A DNA stretch of 64,000 nt from Tubiluchus corallicola (taxonomy: Eukaryota > Animalia > Priapulida). Location of the stretch: NCBI GenBank assembly GCA_030141605.1, contig JAQGDQ010001029.1, positions 5,202-69,201 of the forward strand. The letters are read 5' to 3'. Both the position numbers and the translations under genes were made by a program. The notes under the pieces are model-generated. The model was given only the letters and a program-made list of their open reading frames with translations. It was not told the DNA's origin and made no database searches. Within the stretch, counting starts at the first letter, position 1. The number at the start of each line of letters is the position of its first letter. Of the stretch, positions 11,440 to 26,211 are shown one piece after another.

Positions 11440-13575
11440 AACCACTTTCATGTGTTTCTAGTTAAACACAACTGCAAAGATTCACGATTATTACTAAAAT
11501 TGACTGTAGATGGCAGTACCATCACTTTGAAAAAAGATTTGATTACACATAGAGAAAAAAACTAAATCAAGTCTGCGCAAAACTACGGTAATGGATTCAA
11601 TACATCATGTCTGTACACTGTTTGCACTTGAATACACCTTACTTTTATTGTCTATAAAGTCAGGCAGTTTGATTCCGAATTTGCAAGTATCATGTTGTGT
11701 TAATTAAAGCCATTTTACCTATTATTGTCTGAATCAACTTTTAAAATACAAACAGCTATTCCTCAAATTTTAATATTTTTTGTTCGTTTATTGAGCATCT
11801 TATCAACTCTTGACATTCCAGCACTCTGCACAGCTGCCCGGGCAGCAGAAAAACCTGGGTTCAAGTCCCAGTGCAGATGAAAACCGTTTTCAGACTTTCT
11901 ATAATGTGATTATGCTGAAAGCGGTAAACTTCAGTAAAAGATCATCAGCCGTAAGCCACAGCAGGTGATTGTTACAAATTTTACGCATTTCATATTTTGA
12001 TTAATAACTGTTGCAACATCATTATAGCAAACAAAGGACCCACAAAAAGAACTCACAAACGAAGTACTCTATAATGGTCCGTTTACATGTTCAGTTTTTA
12101 AACTGTCAGTCTAAAAACTTGCACGTGTGTAGACATCAAACTTTACTCCGTCAAACACTGGTAATAACTATTCAAGGGGTGTCGGTCAAATTATGGTGCC
12201 AATATGCAGACGTTCTTTGTTGTCTATTGAGCTAGCTTCGGCTAGAAAGATAAAAAGGGAGAAACTGGAAAAGAAAGAGTTAAAAATTTGGAGAAGAAAA
12301 CAGCTAGGGCAAAAAGGGAGAAACTGGAAAGATTGAGAGCCAGTTAACAGCCTGATTTTCAAAAATTTAAATGATGAGGTGTCACTTGACTTTTTCAATT
12401 ATGTGTGTATGTCACACCCGCAATATTTGACTATTTATTGCAAGAAGTTCAATTTAACTAACGAACGACTGCATAACACACCTACAATACTGTCGCAAAT
12501 TTTGTTGATTGGCAGAAAGTACAGCAAAATAAGAAATTTCTTTTTCTAAGTAAAATCAAAATCTCCAATGTATTACCACTGTTTTTACCCTCCACGTACC
12601 GGTATCAACCAACATGCAACAATGCTGTTCGTCGAATATTTATACCAATTGCTGAATTAATAATGAAAAAATCCCCTTGCCCCCGCTAGAAAATGAAAAT
12701 CAGTGCTGTAACGATGGTTTCATACAATCAAACTTTATCTGTCAAACTAAAAGTTTGTCAGTTTCACTGTTTACACGATCAAACTAAAACTGACAAAACT
12801 AGTTTGAGGAAAAAACTGATCGTCTAAACGGGTTTTAAGCATACACAGCTGACCATATGTATAAGACTACTATATAGATAGGTAAGCACATGTTAACAAA
12901 AATGTGTAAATAATGTACAATGTGGGCATATAGAGGATGTAAGGTACTTTTAGAAGACGTTGTCAAGTATCAACTATGTTGCAGAATATATTGAAATTCG
13001 ATGAAAAGTATTTTCCGTGATTTTAGTAAACTATGATTTATAAAATGTTTCATATTAAATTGGATGTAAACGTTCAGTTTTAAATTTACATGACATGTTC
13101 AGAAAGCCAATAAGATACAAAAAAGGGTCAGTCAATGTTGCTTCCTCAAAATTTCAGTTTGTTCTTTGCATGAAATTTATCCGGTAGGATTCATCACTTG
13201 ATGAAACATCTCAGTAGTACACTGCCTGTGCAAGTGTATAACACAGCTGAGTACCAAGCTGCTGGACGACTCACTGTTTTTATACATGCATGCCAAAACA
13301 ACTTTTTGCAGTGCCAAGAATGACACGTTACATTTAACTCTAAATTAATTTGCAAATGGCTGAATCTGCAGTACGCTATATTCAAAGCTATTATACTACT
13401 TTATAGAATTTATAGTAGTTTGTGGTGTTCGCATTACCAGTGTAATGCAATAAACCACGACACGACAAAGCACATCACACACACACATAGCCTTCACATG
13501 TTTATTAAATAAACTTTTCAGTTTTTTACATAAATGTCTCCCCCACTTCCATCCGTATTGAAGCAGGTTATTTGT

Positions 13576-13609
13576 TTATGCAACAAGCGCAGAAGCAGTA
13601 CTCGATTCA
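13576..13609 (-). CDS. RPS13: 40S ribosomal protein S13 (uS15), exon 5
   Basis: ttctttttcag|T GAA TCG...=(Y)ESSTASALVA*. Minus-strand AATAAA at 13501-13506. Confidence 0.95.
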
Positions 13610-14031
13610 CTGAAAAAGAAGAAAAATTATGCTTACAAAAAGAACACAGAGAGAATGTCGCAATAATGATAAAATTAAGCTGCAAGACAAAGGTGTTATT
13701 GATGCTAAAAAAAAGTAAATTTTCCTCTAGAAGTTTTCTAAATACTGGTCAAAGTGTCACATTGGCTTATCTAGTAAAGCTTGTATGACTGCACTACATT
13801 ATCTTAAAGCGCCAGGAGTTAGTTGTTAACATCAACTGTCTCCATCTGTTGGTTACAATAGTGAAACAGTTTGCACAAACCTACAAAATGTCAGCTAGCA
13901 GAAGATGCTAAAAACAAGTATTAAAAAGTTATGAACTGGATAACACTGCTGCCATGCGACAACCACCAACCAGGACATTAGTGTAAACAAGCGTTTGCTC
14001 TATCAAGTTTATCTTTCCTCCTCTTATTTAA

Positions 14032-14564
14032 AAGAAGACCAGACAATTGTTTAGACTCAATCTCATTTTAACTGTCCAGAATATACATTTTCTTGCCTAT
14101 AAAAGTTAACAATTGTTTCTTATATTTAAATGATTAGCTTAGAAAGTTAATTAACAGTAACCGAACACAGCTGTTGCTTACGTCAGAAACTAACCACAAT
14201 TTGTGCAATGGCAGGCATCTTCCCTTGCGCATCAAGCACATTTGCATAAGTGTTACAGTATCGTTTAAACGCAATGATGTCACGAAAGATAGGCGTCATA
14301 TGATGTCAGAAACTAACACTGGGCAGTTCATATGATCATGCTCATCACAGTACCGCCTTCTATTTTTCGGCCACGCGAATGTGACAAAAGGCGTCTAGTA
14401 GATTCACTAAGCTGCGCGTCGTTTTGAAAGTTTAACAAAATTTGAGTATCCGAGGTAATTATTATTTAATCTAAGCTTTGATTTAAACAAAGCTATCGCA
14501 GTTCTCAATATTTTATAGCATTATTTATTCTGAACTAATGTTTACACAATCATCCGGTTTTCCT
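14032..14564. mobile_element. Non-autonomous TTAA-flanked DNA transposon (Kolobok-like), copy 1, in RPS13 intron 4
   Basis: TTAA|AAGAAGACC...GGTTTTCCT|TTAA; colinear homology with 50367-50859. Confidence 0.75.
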
Positions 14565-14775
14565 TTAATAATAGCATGTGAAAGTAAACTGTAAAACTCT
14601 GCTTCATGCTTTCAATTTAGTTTCAGCTCAAGCAAAAAAAGATATGCGTAGTGCCCATTTCTAAAATTTCAGCATCACTGACTAACAAAGACAGCTTCCC
14701 ACACGTGTGTTGATCATTTTTATTCACAAACTAACTTGTTCATGTTAGGTCAAAGACACAAATAAGGTTACTTAC

Positions 14776-14876
<101 letters not shown>

Positions 14877-15804
14877 CTAAAAAGACAGCAAAATGCACAT
14901 GCATACTGTCACATCGCCAAAATTTACCACCATTTAAATAAGTAACGCCATCAGAATCAGAATAATTTTGTTTGATTTCAAACGATCACTGGAAATTAGA
15001 TCCTTCTTCAACCTCAATGACCAACTGACCGTTGACAAAACCCCATTGACCAATAATCTCCATTAGTTTACATTGCATAACAATAAACACGCAAAAAATG
15101 CAAACGGACAAAGGAGAAAGAGCGGCAAAAAACAAAACAAAGGTTAACGAAACAGCCACCCTTTTCAGAAGACAGTAGCAAACAAATGACACTAATAACA
15201 GATGTCTTAGAATACAACTACAAAAAATACATTAGCATCCAAAAACAGAAAAAAAATACAAAAGCAGGTATTTTCAAAGACAAAATAAAGGTCAAAATTA
15301 AGGATAATAATATGGTTGAAACAAAAATCAGATTAAAATGAGAAAAGTGCTTAAATATCAAGAAAAAACATTCATTAAAGAAAAAATTTAACAGCAATCA
15401 AGATTTCAGATAATGAACAATTCAAGCAAATGAAATACAAATCTAACAAGCAAGAAAAGCCTGAAGCTCGACTGAGACCGCTGTAGTAGCATTTGTTAAA
15501 TTTCAAATCTGCTTAAAAGTTTCAGTTTCTGGTTCAGGTATGAGCTTCAGGCACTAAGGAAAAGGAAGCTGTTACCTCAAACATTTCTTCTATAAAATGG
15601 TTAAATTTGTTTCATAGATTATCAGGAATAAATAAAACATTTTTTACTATCGCTTTCTCCTGTATGGCAGTACGAAGTTTATGAACCACGATTAAAATTA
15701 AATCTTTGTCAAGACACAAGTATTTTATGCAGACTGACGCTGCCATCTAGTGGACGGAAAGCAAATGATGTTTAAACTATAACTCGCTCCATCACGAAAT
15801 GCAC

Positions 15805-16202
15805 CAGAGATGCGTGTGCCCACTTATTTTGGGTCCGCTATTCCACAGAGTCTGTAAAGCGTGATTTTGTGGCTCCACAAAATCTGCAGACTGAATGTAT
15901 AAAATAACTGGATCTGCAACTCTGGGGAGATCCATCATAAAGAATAATAATTTCCAAAACTAGGACACACGTTCAGCTCGATTAGGGAAAATAGGAGTTT
16001 CTTTTGTTGTGGGAAGCCGGCTACTGACTAACTAGTATTTGTGGTTTTGACTTGCGCGTTGGAAGAACTCAAAAAAGCTGGAAGACTTCGTGTTGGCTAA
16101 ACAGACAATAATTCAGAAATAAGCTGGATTCGTGGCTCCGCTGGCTCTGCAGATCCGCAAAAAAAGCTTGCGGACCTGTGTTCGCGAATCCGCACATCAC
16201 TG
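15805..16202. mobile_element. hAT-type MITE in RPS13 intron 3
   Basis: Imperfect TIRs CAGAGATGCGTG / CGCACATCACTG flanked by a near-perfect 8-bp TSD (AAATGCAC / AAATGCAT). Confidence 0.75.
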
Positions 16203-16407
16203 AAATGCATACTCAACTGCATACATAGACTTACAAATGAAACAAGGTTTAGTTAATGTAGAGAGGTAGTAAACGTGACAAGCATGGTTTACCAGCCACG
16301 GGGAACAGTATACCAACAACTTCTGCCTGTCCTCGGGCAGAGTTAATGAAATTTCCAGGATGACCGGCATTAAATTTCCATCCTGTTAATCGTCTCCTAG
16401 AACTCAC

Positions 16408-16577
16408 CTTCCTGTTTCTTTCCAAATGTTTCCTCATAGCTACGGCTTTCTTAATCAGGTAATACAAATCCTCGGGTATGGATGCTGCCAGGCCCTTTGA
16501 TTTGAGGATGCGGAGAATCTTGTTCCCCGTCACCCATCTAACCTGTGCAACTCCATGTGAATCCCGCAGGATGACTC
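16408..16577 (-). CDS. RPS13: 40S ribosomal protein S13, exon 3
   Basis: (G)[56 protein letters not shown]; cag / gtgag boundaries. Confidence 0.97.
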
Positions 16578-17453
16578 CTGTAAAAGACGAAACCTACGGG
16601 ATAGATTACTGTACACAGAAAATAATGTAAAAAGTATTCGGTTCCGATAACAATGCCAAGTCTGCGAAACCTACAGAATTTTACAGCAGTTACATGGGCC
16701 TGTAACAATACATCAGTACATCGTGACACCTTTTGTGATGATAAGTGTATCATCAAAGTGCACCAGTATCGTGATAATCTGTATCATTTAGCACAAGCTT
16801 GACTGTCCACTGATAAAAAGAGAATGCACCATAGATACACAATCAGTGCAGTGAGAGCAACATTAGCAGACACTAGCCAAATAATATATCAACAACTTAA
16901 TCTAGTTTCTTTATTAGGCAATGTTAATGCAATGTGCATCATGATTTGCAATGTGTATCTTATCGTCACCAATTTGTTTTATGGTTTTGTTGTGTATATT
17001 TCATAAATTATAAAATTAAACATGATTTTGCTCAAATAAATTCAAATATGCTTTGATATTTCAGTTATTTGGGCTTGGAGATCCTAAAACTTCACAGTGG
17101 TCAGCTCTGAAGATACACCGCACTGCTACGTAAACGAAATTTTCGCTTTATTTGAACTATTTTAGCCAAATTTCTCAGCATTTTTTTTGACATCTAGGAG
17201 AAAAGAAAGGGTAAAATCTAATGGATAAATACTAGTACAACCTCTGAAAATGCTACTGAAAATTATCCGAAATTTTGGCTACAAAACTTAATAAATTTTG
17301 CCAAAACCGAAACTTAACCAAAAGTGTAATTATCAGCAAATCGAACCAAAAATTTCGTGTCGCTAACATCCCTGTCAGTGGTATTTTGCATTGATTTTGC
17401 TATAAAGCTAAACCTAGTAAAGAAATACCACAGATTCACAGACAAGTTATTCA

Positions 17454-17636
<183 letters not shown>

Positions 17637-18339
17637 TCAAATGGTTTTTGTAGAGTAAAAATTTTTCCATAGAGGACACCATTATTGATTGTCTAGGTAT
17701 AAAGCAGGCAGTGAAATTGTTCAGATCTCATTTTTACGAAGATGTATTCATTGTTCCATTAACGATAAAAATTGTCTCATGTAGACATTGTTATTATCAG
17801 TAGCGTCCCGTAGTTAAAATTAGTGGAGGTGCTGCTTCAGAAGTTTTTTAGCTATTGTTTTGATACTGTGTAAAACCAAACAAACATACAAAAGTTTATA
17901 CATAAATTTAATAAAAAATTTTTTTGCTTACTAATAGCCTAAATTATCACAGTTTAAGCTTAGATCTATTCACGGTAAACACGAGACAACTAACAACAAA
18001 TTGTGTAAGCGACAGTACTTTCTTTACCTGGGATTAAACATGTACGCATAGCCGCATGCGCGCAACAGCTAAACACCACGCTGCTGAAGAGCACTGTGCT
18101 GGGCTGTGAAGCAAACAGTACTACCCTCACATGCTCTGTTTCTATTGAACTATGAACTATGAATTTTATTCCACACATCAAAATACATTATTATACACAT
18201 AAATAAACAATAAATAAAATAATTTGAGTAGTGTGAGGTGAGTGTACGACCATACGGTCATTAACACACTCACCTTACTTAAATGAAAAAATTAATAAAG
18301 TTATGCGTGCTTTTTTAGATGACTCAATGAAAAAGGAAA

Positions 18340-18640
18340 CATTAGAAAAACATAATATGTAATTACGATTTTGATATGAATATTGAAATAATTTTGAAAT
18401 AAAGTAAATGATGTAATAATAGCAAGGAAACATAAGAAAAAAATAATATGGAATTACGATTTAGATATGAATATTGAAATAATTTTGAAATAAAGTAAAT
18501 GATGTAATAATAGCAAGGAAACATAAGAAAAACATAATATGGAATTACGATTTTGATACGAATATTGAAATAATTTTGAAATAAAGTAAATGATATAATA
18601 ATAGCAAGGAAACATAATATGTAAAAACGATTTTGATATA
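18340..18640. repeat. 91-bp tandem repeat (about 3.3 copies) in the LINE 3' UTR
   Basis: AATTACGATT recurs at 18361, 18452 and 18543. Confidence 0.9.
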
Positions 18641-18769
18641 GACTGCGATGAATGAATAATTCATTTAAATTGATTTATACATTTTACTAATAAAGTAACA
18701 TTAGTAAAAGAAAAACATTAGTGCAAAAAGACACACGTGCACAAAAAGAGAAAAAAAAGCTCTAGTTTT

Positions 18770-21476
18770 CTACGCCAATGAATATTTACTAAGTAAAAAT
18801 ATCTTGTATTGTTTGGTAGCTATTTGTAAAGAAGGAGAGGAAATGATTGTATTGGGTACACTATTCCACAAAATAACTCCACTGTGCTGTAAGGTATTTA
18901 AGCCATACGCTGTGTTAAATCGTGTTTGAAAATAGTGTCCCATACTTGAGGACCTAGTATAGTGAGAGTGAACATCTTTGATTAAGGTAAAGTAGTTAGT
19001 ATATAATTCAGGCAACTGCCGGTTATTATACTTATACATGAATTTAAATAATTCAAGATTATAAATATCATCTATTTTCAATAAACTAAGGTGTATGTAT
19101 GAAGATGTTGCATGGTCTCTGTAATTGGCAAAAGTCATGTATTTAACTATTTTATTCTGAACTGTTATTAGTGGTTGTAATAAGTATTTTTTTGTTTGCC
19201 ACCATGACAACACACAGTATTGGAGGTACGGATAGACTAATGCATGGTAGATCATTTTCAAAACAGGCAAATTAATAAAATGTCTTAATTTTGCAAAAAT
19301 ACCAGCTGTTTTATTTAGTTTTGTTGCTGTAGAGGATATATGGGTAGACCACTTCATGTTGTTGTCAATATGCAACCCAAGGTATTTTATACTACTACTT
19401 TGTGTTAAAATTATGTCGCCAATTTTGAGTTCGAAAGTGGAAGAGTCTTGTTGTGAAAGGTTCCTACTGATTAACATATACTTAGTTTTTGTGTAATTGA
19501 CAGTTAATTTATTTGCTTTCATCCAGTCATCAATCTTTTTTAGTTCGTTGTTAGTGCGATGTTGTAAAGTTGAAAGGTTATTAGATGTAAGGAAGAGACT
19601 TGTATCATCAGCGAAAAGACGAGTGTTAAAATTAGTAGCAAGAGGAAGATCATTGATATAGATCAGGAAAAGCAGCGGCCCAAGAGTTGATCCTTGAGGT
19701 ACACCACAGTTTATATCTAGCAAATCAGAGCATGTATTGTTAATAGTGGTGAACTGTTGTCGGTTAGTTAAATAAGATTTAAGGAGTTCCAAGACAGGGC
19801 CTCTGATGCCATAAAAATGTAATTTATGTAGTAGAATATCATGCTGGACTGTGTCAAAAGCTTTAGATAAATCTAAGAATATTGCACAAGTGAAAAGTTT
19901 TTTGTCTAAATTTAGAAGCATATTTTCAACAAATTCTGAAGTAGCTAACGAAGTGGAGTAAGTTTTGCGAAAACCAAACTGAAATTTTGTTAGTATGTTA
20001 CATGAAGTGAGAAAATTGTTAATGCGATTACAAATAATATTTTCAAAAATTTTTGAAACTGGTGACAGTAGAGAAATTGGACGATAATTTGATAGGTTGT
20101 TTGGCGAATCATTTTTATAAAGTGGTTTGACTTTAGCTACTTTTAGACAATTAGGAAAGGTTCCTTCAGAAACTGCCATATTAAACAATCGACAAAGAAC
20201 TGGGACTATTAAATCAGTTGCTAATTTGTAAAATTTGACCGGGACATTTTCTGGGCCAGGTGATTTATTTTCTTTAAGTTTATTAAGAGACAACAATATT
20301 TCAAGTTCAGAGATAGGATAAAAGAAGACAGATTTATCATTTGGAGCATTTAAGAAAGATTGGTAGGTCTTCAAAGTGGGTGGGATTTTATTGGCCAGAT
20401 TACTACCTACAGACTGGAAGAATTTATTAAATGCATTAGCAATAGAGAGATCGTCACTTGTGGTATGACCATTGTTATCTAAATAGGAAGGGGCAACTTG
20501 TGTTTTACTTTTAATTTTCAGTAGGCTATTAATCGTACTCCATTGCTTCTTAATATTATTTTTGTTTACAGCAAATAAATGGTCATAATATTCTCTTTTG
20601 GATTTTTGCTTAGCGTGATTTAGTTTATTTGAATAAGTCTTATAATAAGTCTTTTTGTAAAGCGAATTAGAAAGTTTGTGAGATTTATAGAGTTTGCTTC
20701 TAGTTCTGATTGATTTTAAAATTCCGGGTGTTATCCAGGGTTTTCGAAAGGATATTGTTTCTCTTTTACTAAGTGTTCGAATCGGGGCATGTTTATTAAG
20801 GGTGGTTTCAAATGATTCCAAGAAATTGGAAAAAGTATTATTTACATTAAGTTGACTATTGAAAATGTTAGAAAGTGAATGTCCCAAATCGCTCAGAAAA
20901 TTTGCAGGAATAAATCTTTTAGTATCTCTTATTTGTACTTGAGACTTACTTTTGCATGCATAGGAAGAATTAACAATTGCAAAGATAGGCAGATGGTCAG
21001 CCAGTTCATACTGAATGATGCCAGCAGTGATGGGATTTTGAAACTCATTAGTATAAATATGATCAATTAAGGTTTGTGAGTTGTTAGTAATGCGAGTTGG
21101 TTGAGTTATAACTGGATGAAACCTATTTGAGAACAACATATTTATGTAGTTGGCAACTGAAGAAATGTCTTCATGTTGAAGTAAATTAATATTTATGTCC
21201 CCGCAAATAAAAGCTGTCCTACCTGACGAATTGATAAAGTTTAAGATCTTTTCCATTTCTTCATTAAAGTGACTGACAGATTTGTTGGGGTGCCTGTACA
21301 CGACGCCAAATAATATAGGTGCTTTATTTCTTGATGTTTTTATCTCGACCCATATATCCTCTACAGCTATTCTGCTAACAGTGTGAGGTAAGTTGGATGT
21401 ATATTTTTCGCAGTTAAACTGAATTTCATTAATAACTTTATATTCAAGATTTTTTTTAATATATAGACCTACCCGT
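18770..21476 (-). CDS. LINE ORF2: apurinic-type endonuclease (N-terminally truncated) plus reverse transcriptase
   Basis: EN motifs GVVYRHP, GDININLL, TLIDHIY, ADHLPI. RT motifs NYRPISLL, FLDLSKAFDTV, GVPQGSTLGPLLF, LFADDT. No stops over about 900 codons. Confidence 0.92.
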
Positions 21477-21925
21477 TTATATATAGTTAATATACCCTTT
21501 AATATATAGTTTCCGTACAAGTATAAAGAGAGTATATATATTGAGTATTATCGATGACACTGAATGAAAATAGGTGCTGCAGTTCCGCAGTACCTATACA
21601 CGAGCCACCACTGGTTATGTCAAAAAAAGTTAATGCAGAAACGTTGTGGTCCTAAAAGATATTGCAAGTAGATTATCCATCCGGTTAAGTGCTGTTAGAA
21701 TGAGAAACATGAAATGCGGGATATGCTTTCTTCTACATAGGTGACTAATAAAAACACAGTAATGCAAGGAAACTGTAAACTAAACGAATGCACTTTATTA
21801 CTGAAATACACCAAACGCAACAAACTTCTAACATTGTGAAAACCGATTTTTAATATACTAAAAGTAAAAATGTAAATTATAAAGCAAAGTTAATAAGCTA
21901 ATCGTTAAAATAATGATGATCATAC

Positions 21926-21948
21926 CCGGGAGCGTGCATACGACCCAT
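21926..21948 (-). CDS. RPS13: 40S ribosomal protein S13, exon 1
   Basis: ATG GGT CGT ATG CAC GCT CCC GG|gtatg = MGRMHAPG. The five exons sum to 456 nt (151 aa plus stop). Confidence 0.97.
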
Positions 21949-21962
21949 AATGGCGGTTTCGC

Positions 21963-21971
21963 AAAAGGAAG
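21963..21971 (-). promoter_or_regulatory. Polypyrimidine initiator / 5'-TOP motif of RPS13
   Basis: CTTCCTTTT about 15 nt upstream of the ATG, as typical of ribosomal protein genes. Confidence 0.75.
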
Positions 21972-22412
21972 CACGTTTGCAGAAGCGTGCGCCACCTGTC
22001 CACTGTAATTTCAACTATTTGGTTTCATGAATTGGATAATGTATAATTTAATAGCAAACTTTCATAATAATTGACATCAACGACGGGGGAAAATAAAATT
22101 TCGTTTCCCAACCTATTTTAATATTCTTTAAAATGAGTTTTCCCTGCATAATTTAACTACCCTAACCCTAGTCCTAATCGTAACCCCAACCCCAACACAA
22201 ATCCTAGTCCTAAGCTGATTCACAAACAATTTTTTTTGTGTAGGGAATTGTTTCAAATGATTTGTAATTTGATGTTAAGCATTCTGGAGTTTTGTTTTGT
22301 GTTTTTGAATGTGTCCTTTGTTAGATGCAAAATTTGCTAATGCACTATGTAACTGAAGCATTCGTGCAATAAACATGAATTAAATGATCTGAATCATTCT
22401 GACTTTATAATC

Positions 22413-22525
22413 CTGGGGCCGATTTCAAAAAACCGTCACCAAATTAACGAAGTTCGTTATTACATTCACTTTACTATTAATAACGACGTCATTAAGTTGG
22501 TGACGGCTTTATGAAGCTGAGGCCA
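22413..22525. mobile_element. Short palindromic PIF/Harbinger-like MITE
   Basis: GGGGCCGATTTCAAAAAACCGTCACCAAATTAA ... TTAAGTTGGTGACGGCTTTATGAAGCTGAGGCC inverted arms. Confidence 0.55.
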
Positions 22526-25500
22526 ACTTTCTAAAATTCCAAATTACACAAAGATAATGACAAAACATATGAATCCATTTGCATTTGAAACATATGCAAT
22601 GTAGAGTTAATAAATATACAATTATTTATTTATACAGTATGGTTATACACTAAACCAACAATTTCGTAAATTTGGAAATAACACAAACAACAACTTTTGA
22701 CAGAAAAAATATTTGGATATTTAACATTTCCAATTCGTAAGCTAATTGTGAACTTTCTAAAAACTGTTTGACGATAATCACTTCCCACAAAAATCCTACC
22801 ATATTGGTACAATGGTAGACAATTTATACTACATGCTAAATAAAATTATTTCTATGTACATGCCTCCATATGAAGGAAAATAACATTAATTCATTTATTA
22901 ATTACTGAATTAATTCATTTTGAACATAAGAATACAGAAAAAATTGTTCACAGACAAAATACGCTTATAAAAAAGTTACTAAATGATTTTATCAAAAAAA
23001 TTACTGGTGGGAACAGTTAATTGAATATTGATAATTTCTGATACTGAACACTACTGTCAATAATTTGCATTTGGCTTAAAGCACAAGAAAAGCCTTCATA
23101 AACACAAAGCTTAAAAAATTCGTTTTGAAATTTTATATCACTTACGTATTGTCTTTTTGCAATCAGGACTTCAATCGGTAGGCACGCTGTATAAAACATG
23201 TCAATTTAAACTCCCGCGAGAGACCGTTAGACGCAGCCATTTTCAGGACTGGTCATTTGAAACACGTTTAGATAACATTTTGTAAAGTTTGAAAAAATAA
23301 TCAGAGCATTCGAAGCGCACAAGTCACTAACCAAGTAAAATTTAAAATTACTGTATCTTGTCAATAAGGTTAAAAATACGTTTTTTGGTTAGTGAGTCAG
23401 CGATATTTTACCAATTGGTGAAAACATTTTAAATAATTAATAATTTTCTTTTCTAGATACATAAGTCTTTCTAGCAGGTAAGCGAAAATCTAAGTAATAT
23501 AGATTTGCACGGAGTCTTTTGAGTAACAGTATTGCGGGAGATTCAAAATGAATCTGACAGTAGTGCGAGTAAAATATACGCATAAAATTGCTATAAAGTA
23601 ATATAATTTTTAAGGCGATTTTTCTGAAACCTACTTCAGGTACCCCTTTTCTTGTCCTTTACAGAAGATGACATAACTGCCACCAAAACGTAGGTGGTTC
23701 AAACTACTGGTTCAATTTCAGTCTTTTGGCGTCAATGCAAGCCTGCCATTTTTTCCAACAGACTTAATCGTAATTACGATTAACGTTAAAAAACAGCAAA
23801 TTACTTCAACTTTTAAACTACAAAAAAATCCAATTAAAATCTAATAAGTAAACACCATTGCAAACTTTTTAGTTGGAAGCCTCATTTTCTCCATATAAGG
23901 GCTATTCTTAGACTCACATTTTGAACAACATGTTCTTGCTTTACACGTGGAATGCTTGACCCAAGTTTGATAAATAAAGTACATAAAATTCAGAAGTGAA
24001 AAACATATCACAAACTGTACTCTGCAGTTATAGACTCGTGTAATACGTATGTAATACTTGTGCAAAGGCAGCCATTCTGCACGCATACTAACAAATGATG
24101 CACCATAGGAAAGACATTCGTTTATATGACAAAAAAAGTTCAAGTTAAAAAAACAATTAATTCATAAAATTCAGATCGAAAACTAATAATTAATTATATA
24201 CTGAAAAATAATTTAAAATAAGAAACTTCTGTAATAAGATGGAATGTACATTTGAAAAACATTGAAAGCAAAATGCAGTTAACCGTCAGTGGAATGCAAC
24301 TTCATCAAAAGTTTGTTACCCCTATTTCAAACATTTAACTTATCTACCAGAAAAAAGAATACTATACAAAATATAATTTAGCACACCATATATGTATATA
24401 TACATATATATATATAGTCTAGACTATAAACCTAACATGTACTGTTTTAAATGTCTAACACAGTTAATATAGTCTAACTATATAGCGTCTGCAAATTAGG
24501 CTAAACTTTGTGCTCCACTTGGATTAAACTTAACGTAAGATAGCAGCCATACATCTCGCGTTTATAGCTAACTAGATCTAATGAAAAAAGCGATGTTTAT
24601 AATTTCAATTAACAGGTGGCAGCACAACTTGAATGCCATCAGCATTCAGTTAAATGCAAAATATCTGACGGCAAATAAGTTACGTAAATGTAAGAAACTT
24701 CACAGCAGCTTAGATTTCTTGTATAGCTTCACATCCTGCAAGCCAGTGTCTAGCACTCAATGAAAAGGCTGCTTATGATGCTGACAGTTGTGGGAAGACC
24801 GTAACCTGTCTCAAGAAAAGATGAATCAGCAGTGTTGTCTTTGTCATATGAGTACGCTCAACGTACATCCCCTGCTAAGCACACACCTTGACCATTGAGC
24901 TATTAGCCTAAATAGGAGTGTAAAAACCAACTTTCATACTTTTTCTTTCTGTTACAGAAACACTTCTCCACAATGAAGACAATCACAAGAAGACAGTTGT
25001 GTGATGCCACCTGGTGATAAACTAACCCAATAGATTTACACACTGCCAAAATTTTTTGTAAATTCCAATCATAAACTCTGGACAAAAATTCAACGGTTAT
25101 AATGATAATTTAATTTATTTCACAAGAAACTCCCACTCGTTGCATCTCACAACATCGTTTGCAATTAATGTAAATTAAAATGCCCACTTACAGACCCGTG
25201 CATGATAAATACGTTATCCACCTCCTACAACGTTCCCAACAGCTTTCAATCAACACAATTGCCAGATGAATTTTTAATGCTTTCCAATACCATCAAGCTA
25301 ACTTGCTTTGCAGCAATGGGAGCTGTATTTATGGGTTAGCTGTGAATTAACTTGCCGGGCATGGCATATTAGCATTTTCCGGTAGAAAACTGAACATTTA
25401 CGGCTTTAGTAATCAATTCAAGCAGGCAATTCACCTTCCACAGTTCTCTTAAAATACAATAGAACAGTGTACGGTACAGGGTGTCACTAAACGACTGACC

Positions 25501-25865
25501 AATGTAGAATATAGGCGAATGTTGCAAATTTTTGGCTAACTTTTTAACTGCTCTTGCATCGTAAACGTGTGCCTAAATCATAAGCAAATTTTCTGGTTTT
25601 TTATCACAAGAAATGTTATAAGCTGCTCAGGAATCACACAGCAACCTCACTGTGCAATAAATACTTCATCTTTATCACAAATTTTCCCTAAATTCAGCAA
25701 AGAATTTTCCCTCCGGAATGAAAAACGTTCAACTAAGCTGTACAAACGATCACATTCAAACTTCAATTTAGAAAGCTCACCCCATTTCAGTTTTAATGCT
25801 CAATCTGATACTAGAATGTTCAATTTAATATTCAGTATCAGAATGTTCAGCATCTTTTCTAACAT

Positions 25866-26211
25866 TCAATTCACAAAGTCGCCCGTTTCATCTGAATGCC
25901 CCTCAGCCCAGTTGCCGGTGACGCATGTGCCCTTACCCCTCCACCAAGTGTTGACGTCTTCGTAAGACTTGTGTAAATCCGTGTGCAACATGGCACACAG
26001 TCGACACCAGAAATATGTGTTGATGAACCTTCCAGTTCCCTTCCATTGGAAATATTCATTATAGAGGTCGTCGTTTTCATCTAGTTTCTTCAGATAGGCG
26101 CCAAGCTCTTTGGGTCCGGCAAAATCGTCCACGTGTATAAATGAGTGGTAGGGGGCAGCACGTTCGTAGTCTTCTTTCTTTGCACCCATCACTATTGGCA
26201 CAATATCGTTC
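25866..26211 (-). CDS. FucTA: Alpha-1,3-fucosyltransferase (GT10, FucTA-like), last coding exon
   Basis: cag|G AAC GAT ATT GTG CCA = (R)NDIVPIVMGA...SFIHVDDF...YNEYFQWK...FWCRLC; phase matches the upstream donor. Confidence 0.9.

Larger units (their letters stand above)
18200..21476 (-). mobile_element. 5'-truncated CR1/L2-group LINE in RPS13 intron 1
   Basis: Uninterrupted EN-RT ORF, long AT-rich 3' UTR, 3' stem-loop (GTGAGGTGAGTGT...ACACTCACCTTAC, about 18233-18288) and a (TTTA)-like tail. Confidence 0.85.
17798..21613. mobile_element. Possible old hAT-like non-autonomous element interrupted by the LINE
   Basis: Ends CAGTAGCGTCCCGT... / ...ACGAGCCACCACTG are imperfect inverted repeats; flanks GTTATTAT / GTTATGTC match at 5 of 8. 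Confidence 0.35.
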